Shown piece by piece: positions 56,936-64,000 of a DNA stretch of 64,000 nucleotides. Position 1 is the first letter of the stretch; each line of letters starts with the position of its first letter. This stretch comes from Escherichia coli (GTDB lineage Bacteria > Pseudomonadota > Gammaproteobacteria > Enterobacterales > Enterobacteriaceae), in NCBI RefSeq assembly GCF_036507355.1, contig NZ_AP027877.1. One strand, 5' to 3'. A program made the position numbers and the translations under genes. A model generated the notes under the pieces. It was not told the origin of the DNA, searched no databases, and saw only the letters and a list, made by a program, of their open reading frames with translations.

Positions 56936-56970
56936 TAAATTAAAAAAGGGACAGCCTGAGCTATCCCTTT
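56936..56970 (-). terminator. rho-independent terminator of yeiP
   Basis: Minus strand: hairpin AAGGGATAGC-TCAG-GCTGTCCCTT then TTTTTTAATTT. Confidence 0.75.
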
Positions 56971-56987
56971 TCTGCATGCGGCTGAAG

Positions 56988-57560
56988 TTAGTCAGCACGC
57001 CCCATATAACGGCGTTCTTCGATATGGATACGAATTTTTTCGCCCGGGCTTAAGTATTCTGGTACCTGAATCACCAGACCAGTGCTCAATGTCGCCGGTT
57101 TGTTACGGGCGCTGGCAGATGCCCCTTTGATGCCTGGTGCGGTTTCAACGATTTCCAGATCAACGGTCTGCGGCAGCTCAAGCGCCAGCAGTTGACCGTC
57201 CCAGGTCAGCACCTGCATGTCCGGCATGCCGCCTTCTGGCATAAACAGCAACTCTTCTTCAATCTGATCTTTGGTGAAGGTATACGGGGTATAGTCTTCT
57301 TTATCCATAAAGACATATTCGTTACCATCGACATAGGAGAAGTCAACGTAACGGCGGGTCAGCGTCACGGTGTCAACGATATCATCACCTTTGAAACGCT
57401 CTTCTACTTTCAGCCCGGTACGGACATCAGAAAAACGCATTTTGTACAGCGTAGCGGCACCGCGGGCAGTGGGCGACTGAATATCAATGTCCTTAACCAG
57501 CAGCAGTTTGCCGTTGTAATTCAGTACCATACCTTTTTTAATTTCGTTCGCTCTTGGCAT
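56988..57560 (-). CDS. yeiP: elongation factor P-like protein YeiP (190 aa)
   Basis: ATG at 57558-57560 gives [15 protein letters not shown]...; the track's 275-aa ORF is an upstream extension. Confidence 0.92.
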
Positions 57561-57714
57561 CGAAAAATTCCTGTAGTCGAAAATGTCAAAAATATCGCGA
57601 CAAAGTACTCGCGACGGGCCTTTCGGGCAAGTGGTATTCGCACTTTTGCTGGTGCAAAAAAGGTGGTACTGTGCGCGCTCATCAATCCGGTGGTTAACCT
57701 TAAGAGAACAACGT

Positions 57715-57969
57715 ATGGAATGCCGTCCGGGTTGCGGGGCGTGTTGCACTGCCCCTTCAATTTCCAGCCCTATTCCCGGTATGCCAGATGGCAAGCCCGC
57801 CAATACGCCCTGCATTCAGCTTGATGAACAGCAACGCTGTAAAATTTTCACCTCGCCACTGCGGCCGAAAGTCTGTGCAGGCTTACAAGCCAGCGCTGAA
57901 ATGTGCGGTAACTCGCGTCAGCAGGCAATGACCTGGCTTATCGATCTGGAAATGCTGACCGCGCCTTAA
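57715..57969 (+). CDS. yeiW: small cysteine-rich protein YeiW, KCU-star family (84 aa)
   Basis: ATG at 57715 gives [14 protein letters not shown]...; the track ORF 57583..57969 is an upstream extension. Confidence 0.85.
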
Positions 57970-59147
57970 ACATCTTTAATCCGCAGTAAGCAAAACAGAG
58001 TGGCGATAATCATCACCATCGCAAACCAGAACACAGCGTGATAATTCCAGATCTCGGCGACGATGCCCGCTACAGATCCTGCGATGATCCAGCCCACGCG
58101 CGACGTGTTGGTATAGAGCGTGGTGGCTGAACCTGCCTGACCGGGCATCAAATCCTGAAAATAGAGCATCCCGATGCCGCCCAGAATGCCAATAAAAATA
58201 GCATTTAGCAGTTGCAAGCCCAACAGAATGGCAGGTGAATGCGCCATCAGCATTCCTGCGTAAAAACAGACGCCACCCACGGCAGCAACGCGCATTAAGA
58301 AACGCTTACCCAGACGTTTGGCAAAATATCCGGCAATCAACATGGTCGGGATTTCCAGCCCGGCGGCGGTCCCCATCATTACGCCTGCCAGTTTCTCGGG
58401 AAGATGCAGTTCGTTGATTATAAATAGCGGCATGTTGATGATGTACAGACTGTTCGAGCCCCACATCAATGTACAAATGACAAACAGCAGCAGCGTATCG
58501 CGACGGTTACGGCGCGGCGCTTCAAGCGTGCCGGTCGCCAGCGGAAGCTCTTTTTGCATCGACGGTAAAAACAGCCACACCATCACGCCGCAAACAATAA
58601 ATGCTACCGCTGCGCTCAGATACATTACCGTAAAGCTGAACCCCATCGCTAAGGCATAAGCCAGCGGTGGGCCAATGACCCATGCCAGTGAAACCTGAGC
58701 GCGTAAAAAAGAGCTGAACATCACCGCCTCACGTCCGGTTTTGTCGGCATGTTCACGGGCAAGGGCAAACATTTGCGGGTTAGCGGTCGAGCCAAAGCTG
58801 CTAAGAAAGACGCCAACGAATAGCAAAACAAAGTAGTTGCGATTCCAGGCAAAAAGGGTGCAGGCCAGCACGCCTAACAGGCAGCAAAAGACAATCAGCG
58901 ATTTGCGATCGCCGCGCTTATCAGAGCGCCCGGCGAGAAACTGACTCACCAGAATCCCAATGACAGCGCTGCCGGTAAAGAAGAATCCCACCATCGCCGG
59001 ACGGGCATGTACTTCATCGGTAAGAAAAATACTGAGTGTCGGGGTTTGCAGAGCGCCCGCAATACCGGTGAGAAAGGCAACGATTAAAAACGCCGTCGAG
59101 GTCAGGTCAAACGATTTCGCGCTGGAGACTGCGGGGGAGTTATGCAT
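57966..59147 (-). CDS. setB: sugar efflux transporter SetB, MFS (393 aa)
   Basis: ORF track; 12-TM MFS; stop overlaps yeiW stop (TTAA). Confidence 0.92.
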
Positions 59148-59412
59148 GCTGGTCGATCACTGGAAGAGGAAGACGCGGAGTTTACGCTGCTTGTCAGAAA
59201 ATAAACAGACAGCGAAATCAAAAGCGCCACGAATAATCAAAATGCCATTTCACTGTTGCTGATTGGCTGCTGACGCTGCTGAAATGAAATTGCTGATAAC
59301 GGATTTTCCCATCAGCAATTAGGAAAAATGACAAAAAATTGTGCAGCACATCAAACTTTTGCTCATAACTTTACGGCTTTCCTTGCGTGCTGAAACAGAA
59401 GTATTATGCTTT

Positions 59413-59500
59413 CTTGAAACGTTTCAGCGCGATCTTGTCTTTAACCCTAAGCCAGGTTGGCGCTTTTTTTCTCATAGAAGCTGAATCGTTTCAATTCAGC
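59413..59500 (+). promoter_or_regulatory. fruB control region with two Cra/FruR-type operators: CTTGAAACGTTTCAGCG (59413-59429) and GCTGAATCGTTTCAATTCAGC (59480-59500)
   Basis: Palindromic TGAAWCGTTTCA cores read directly; second site lies in the leader 15 bp upstream of the fruB ATG. Confidence 0.7.
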
Positions 59501-59514
59501 AAGAGAGGAGAACT

Positions 59515-60645
59515 ATGTTCCAGTTATCCGTACAGGACATCCATCCGGGCGAAAAGGCCGGAGACAAAGAAGAGGCGATTCGCCAGGTCGCTGCGGCGCT
59601 GGTGCAGGCCGGTAATGTAGCAGAAGGCTACGTCAATGGCATGCTGGCGCGCGAACAGCAAACCTCAACGTTCCTCGGCAATGGTATTGCTATTCCACAC
59701 GGCACTACCGACACCCGCGATCAGGTGCTGAAAACCGGCGTTCAGGTATTTCAGTTCCCGGAAGGCGTCACCTGGGGTGACGGTCAGGTAGCGTACGTAG
59801 CGATCGGTATTGCTGCCAGCTCGGATGAGCATCTGGGCCTGCTACGCCAGCTGACCCACGTACTGAGCGATGATTCCGTTGCTGAACAACTGAAGTCAGC
59901 AACAACAGCAGAAGAACTTCGCGCATTGCTGATGGGCGAAAAGCAGAGTGAGCAGTTGAAGCTCGACAACGAAATGCTGACGCTGGATATCGTCGCCAGC
60001 GATCTGCTGACTCTTCAGGCGCTGAACGCTGCGCGTCTGAAAGAAGCGGGGGCAGTTGACGCCACTTTCGTCACCAAAGCCATCAATGAACAACCGCTGA
60101 ACCTCGGACAGGGCATCTGGCTGAGCGATAGCGCCGAAGGCAATCTGCGTAGCGCGATTGCGGTAAGCCGTGCGGCAAATGCTTTTGATGTGGACGGCGA
60201 AACGGCAGCCATGCTGGTGAGTGTGGCGATGAATGACGATCAGCCCATTGCGGTTCTTAAGCGTCTCGCTGATTTGTTGCTCGACAATAAAGCTGACCGC
60301 TTGCTGAAAGCGGATGCGGCAACGTTGCTGGCGCTGCTGACCAGCGATGATGCGCCGACCGACGACGTGTTAAGCGCGGAGTTTGTGGTGCGCAATGAAC
60401 ACGGCCTGCATGCTCGTCCAGGTACCATGCTGGTCAACACCATTAAACAATTTAACAGTGATATTACCGTGACAAACCTTGATGGCACCGGCAAACCGGC
60501 AAACGGACGTAGTCTGATGAAAGTTGTGGCACTTGGCGTTAAGAAAGGTCATCGCCTACGCTTTACCGCCCAGGGTGCAGATGCTGAACAGGCGCTGAAA
60601 GCAATCGGCGACGCTATCGCTGCTGGTCTTGGGGAGGGCGCATAA
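59515..60645 (+). CDS. fruB: fructose PTS multiphosphoryl transfer protein FruB (IIA-FPr) (376 aa)
   Basis: ORF track; IIA-Fru domain and C-terminal HPr-like domain (GLHARP). Confidence 0.93.
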
Positions 60646-61583
60646 TGAGCAGACGTGTTGCTACTATCACCCTTAATCCGGCTTATGACCTTGTTGGTTT
60701 CTGTCCGGAAATTGAACGCGGCGAAGTGAACCTGGTGAAAACCACCGGTCTGCATGCGGCGGGTAAAGGCATCAACGTGGCCAAAGTATTAAAAGACTTG
60801 GGAATTGATGTCACCGTTGGCGGCTTCCTCGGTAAAGACAATCAGGATGGTTTTCAGCAACTGTTCAGCGAGCTGGGCATTGCCAACCGTTTCCAGGTTG
60901 TACAGGGGCGCACCCGAATTAACGTTAAGCTGACGGAAAAAGACGGCGAAGTGACCGACTTCAACTTCTCGGGTTTTGAAGTCACCCCCGCCGACTGGGA
61001 ACGCTTTGTGACTGATTCTCTGAGCTGGCTCGGTCAGTTCGATATGGTCTGTGTCAGCGGAAGCTTACCGTCAGGCGTCAGCCCGGAAGCGTTCACCGAC
61101 TGGATGACTCGCCTGCGTAGTCAGTGTCCTTGCATTATCTTTGATAGTAGCCGTGAAGCGTTAGTAGCAGGTTTGAAAGCGGCACCGTGGCTGGTGAAAC
61201 CTAACCGCCGCGAGCTGGAAATCTGGGCAGGCCGTAAACTGCCTGAAATGAAAGATGTGATTGAAGCTGCGCATGCGCTGCGTGAACAAGGTATTGCGCA
61301 TGTCGTTATTTCACTGGGTGCCGAAGGCGCGCTTTGGGTTAATGCCTCCGGCGAATGGATCGCCAAACCACCGTCAGTCGATGTCGTAAGCACCGTTGGC
61401 GCAGGGGATTCTATGGTTGGTGGCCTGATTTATGGCTTGCTAATGCGTGAATCCAGTGAACACACACTGCGTCTGGCGACTGCTGTTGCAGCCCTGGCGG
61501 TAAGTCAAAGCAATGTGGGTATTACCGATCGTCCGCAGTTGGCCGCAATGATGGCGCGCGTCGACTTACAACCTTTTAACTGA
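60645..61583 (+). CDS. fruK: 1-phosphofructokinase FruK (312 aa)
   Basis: ORF track; PfkB ribokinase family GAGD motif; start overlaps fruB stop (TAATG). Confidence 0.93.
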   Translation: MSRRVATITLNPAYDLVGFCPEIERGEVNLVKTTGLHAAGKGINVAKVLKDLGIDVTVGGFLGKDNQDGFQQLFSELGIANRFQVVQGRTRINVKLTEKDGEVTDFNFSGFEVTPADWERFVTDSLSWLGQFDMVCVSGSLPSGVSPEAFTDWMTRLRSQCPCIIFDSSREALVAGLKAAPWLVKPNRRELEIWAGRKLPEMKDVIEAAHALREQGIAHVVISLGAEGALWVNASGEWIAKPPSVDVVSTVGAGDSMVGGLIYGLLMRESSEHTLRLATAVAALAVSQSNVGITDRPQLAAMMARVDLQPFN

Positions 61584-61599
61584 CAGCAGGAGAGGCATA

Positions 61600-63291
61600 A
61601 TGAAAACGCTGCTGATTATTGACGCTAATCTCGGTCAGGCACGCGCCTATATGGCGAAGACCCTGCTGGGCGCGGCGGCGCGAAAAGCAAAACTGGAAAT
61701 CATCGACAATCCGAACGACGCAGAAATGGCGATTGTTCTCGGTGATTCCATCCCGAATGACAGCGCGCTGAACGGTAAAAATGTCTGGCTGGGCGATATT
61801 TCCCGGGCAGTTGCGCACCCTGAGCTGTTCCTGAGTGAAGCCAAAGGCCATGCGAAACCTTACACTGCGCCGGTCGCTGCGACAGCACCGGTTGCCGCCA
61901 GCGGTCCGAAACGCGTAGTTGCGGTGACTGCTTGCCCGACTGGCGTAGCACACACCTTTATGGCGGCTGAAGCCATTGAAACCGAAGCGAAAAAACGTGG
62001 CTGGTGGGTGAAAGTTGAAACCCGTGGTTCTGTTGGTGCGGGTAATGCAATCACCCCCGAAGAAGTAGCCGCAGCGGATCTGGTGATTGTGGCGGCAGAT
62101 ATCGAAGTGGATCTGGCGAAATTTGCTGGTAAACCGATGTATCGTACCTCTACCGGTCTGGCGCTGAAGAAAACCGCGCAGGAACTGGATAAAGCGGTTG
62201 CTGAAGCAACGCCGTATGAACCGGCGGGCAAAGCTCAAACGGCGACCTCTGAAGGTAAGAAAGAGAGTGCAGGCGCATACCGTCACTTGCTGACGGGCGT
62301 CTCTTACATGCTGCCGATGGTCGTTGCAGGTGGTCTGTGTATCGCGCTTTCTTTTGCTTTTGGTATCGAAGCGTTTAAAGAGCCGGGTACGTTGGCAGCG
62401 GCGCTGATGCAGATTGGTGGTGGTTCAGCCTTTGCGCTGATGGTGCCGGTACTGGCAGGTTACATTGCCTTCTCCATTGCCGATCGTCCGGGTCTCACGC
62501 CGGGTCTGATTGGCGGTATGCTGGCGGTCAGCACCGGTTCTGGCTTCATTGGCGGTATTATTGCGGGCTTCCTGGCTGGTTACATTGCGAAGTTAATCAG
62601 TACGCAACTGAAACTGCCACAGAGTATGGAGGCGCTGAAACCGATCCTGATCATTCCGCTAATTTCCAGTCTGGTGGTCGGTCTGGCGATGATCTACCTG
62701 ATCGGTAAACCGGTTGCTGGCATTCTCGAAGGGTTGACTCACTGGCTGCAGACCATGGGGACTGCGAATGCGGTTCTGCTGGGGGCGATCCTCGGTGGCA
62801 TGATGTGTACTGACATGGGCGGTCCGGTAAATAAAGCAGCGTACGCATTCGGTGTGGGTCTGCTGAGTACTCAAACCTATGGCCCGATGGCGGCGATTAT
62901 GGCGGCAGGTATGGTGCCACCGCTGGCAATGGGTCTGGCAACAATGGTGGCGCGTCGCAAATTCGACAAAGCGCAGCAGGAAGGTGGCAAAGCCGCTCTG
63001 GTTCTTGGTCTGTGCTTTATTTCGGAAGGTGCAATTCCGTTTGCTGCTCGTGATCCGATGCGTGTGCTGCCGTGCTGTATCGTGGGTGGGGCGCTGACTG
63101 GCGCAATCTCAATGGCGATTGGTGCGAAACTGATGGCACCGCACGGTGGTCTGTTTGTTCTGCTGATCCCTGGCGCTATTACGCCGGTACTGGGTTACCT
63201 GGTAGCAATTATTGCCGGTACGCTGGTGGCGGGTTTGGCCTATGCCTTCCTGAAACGTCCGGAAGTGGACGCAGTAGCGAAAGCCGCGTAA
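61600..63291 (+). CDS. fruA: fructose PTS IIB'BC component FruA (563 aa)
   Basis: ORF track; duplicated IIB domains with CPTG, then IIC membrane domain. Confidence 0.93.
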   Translation: MKTLLIIDANLGQARAYMAKTLLGAAARKAKLEIIDNPNDAEMAIVLGDSIPNDSALNGKNVWLGDISRAVAHPELFLSEAKGHAKPYTAPVAATAPVAASGPKRVVAVTACPTGVAHTFMAAEAIETEAKKRGWWVKVETRGSVGAGNAITPEEVAAADLVIVAADIEVDLAKFAGKPMYRTSTGLALKKTAQELDKAVAEATPYEPAGKAQTATSEGKKESAGAYRHLLTGVSYMLPMVVAGGLCIALSFAFGIEAFKEPGTLAAALMQIGGGSAFALMVPVLAGYIAFSIADRPGLTPGLIGGMLAVSTGSGFIGGIIAGFLAGYIAKLISTQLKLPQSMEALKPILIIPLISSLVVGLAMIYLIGKPVAGILEGLTHWLQTMGTANAVLLGAILGGMMCTDMGGPVNKAAYAFGVGLLSTQTYGPMAAIMAAGMVPPLAMGLATMVARRKFDKAQQEGGKAALVLGLCFISEGAIPFAARDPMRVLPCCIVGGALTGAISMAIGAKLMAPHGGLFVLLIPGAITPVLGYLVAIIAGTLVAGLAYAFLKRPEVDAVAKAA

Positions 63292-63447
63292 TAAAAGGTG
63301 TGTTACAGGGCAGAATTTTACTGCCCTGTATCATTGGATGAGCGCAAAGAGAATGACCGGTTTGTGAATGTAATTTTATGAATTTAAATGGTTTTATCTT
63401 TCAGTAGAAACCTGAAACGTTCATCAAACACTAAGGTTATTTCCTCA

Positions 63448-63475
63448 AGGGCAGATTCTTTTCTGCCCTTTTTTA
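63448..63475 (+). terminator. rho-independent terminator after fruA (AAGGGCAG-ATTCTTTT-CTGCCCTT then TTTTT)
   Basis: Direct reading; preceded by a second hairpin with the same GGGCAG/CTGCCC core at 63306-63328. Confidence 0.75.
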
Positions 63476-63714
63476 GTGTTCATGTTCTGTGCATCCCGTC
63501 ACAAATTCCTCGCTTTTGTAATTCTGGCATTTAATCGCATTTTGTGAGCCTGCTCAAATCTGCCCGCTTTGCCTCTCTGGCGGCAATTTACTTTACGTAA
63601 AACATGCATACTATGAGCACATGTTTAAATATGAACACATGTTTAAACTGTCTTTGCAGTATCTATATTCTTGTGGATTGACAGGGTTGGTAATTTTTTA
63701 CCAGAGGACGTGCT

Positions 63715-64000
63715 ATGCGCGAAAAGGATTATGTCGTAATTATAGGCTCGGCGAATATTGATGTCGCCGGATATTCACATGAATCATTAAATTATGCGGA
63801 TTCAAATCCAGGTAAAATAAAATTTACGCCTGGTGGGGTAGGGCGCAATATTGCACAAAACCTGGCGTTGCTGGGTAATAAAGCCTGGCTACTGAGCGCC
63901 GTAGGCAGTGATTTTTATGGCCAATCGCTGCTAACGCAAACCAATCAATCTGGCGTTTATGTCGATAAATGCCTGATTGTGCCGGGAGAAAATACGTCGA
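63715..64000 (+). CDS. psuK: pseudouridine kinase PsuK (YeiC), 3' end cut by window edge
   Basis: ATG at 63715; translation MREKDYVVIIGSANIDVAGY... with PfkB-family GG motif (TPGGVGRN). Confidence 0.85.
   Translation, partial: MREKDYVVIIGSANIDVAGYSHESLNYADSNPGKIKFTPGGVGRNIAQNLALLGNKAWLLSAVGSDFYGQSLLTQTNQSGVYVDKCLIVPGENTS

Overview
This 64-kb window is a contiguous block of Escherichia coli core chromosome. Gene order matches the K-12 map gene for gene, here in reverse orientation: atoD'-atoC-atoS, rcsC / rcsB-rcsD, micF-ompC, apbE, ada-alkB, yojI, mqo, eco, the 15-gene napFDAGHBC-ccmABCDEFGH cluster, narP, yejO, proL, yejM, yejL, yejK, rplY, radD(yejH), rsuA, bcr, yejG, yejABEF, pdeN, mepS, lpxT, yeiR, yeiQ, yeiP, yeiW, setB, fruBKA and the start of psuK. 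I can support about 60 protein genes, one tRNA (proL), one sRNA (micF), one complete IS1, several REP/BIME clusters and a number of promoter/terminator elements. I did not find an inserted island, defence system, prophage or other novel cargo: every intergenic gap is short and explained by promoters, terminators or REP elements. What stands out are lesions and allelic differences: (i) a single in-frame TAG splitting the sensor kinase gene atoS; (ii) a complete 768-bp IS1 with an 8-bp target duplication inside the autotransporter gene yejO; (iii) OmpC surface loops that do not match my recollection of the K-12 allele, suggesting a non-MG1655 background. There are also a few small intergenic repeats and hairpins. 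Gene identities come from reading the translations in the ORF track and from synteny; several starts were trimmed from the track's longer (GTG/TTG-initiated) ORFs to the ATG matching the known protein. No database search or alignment was run, so strain-comparison statements are from memory.
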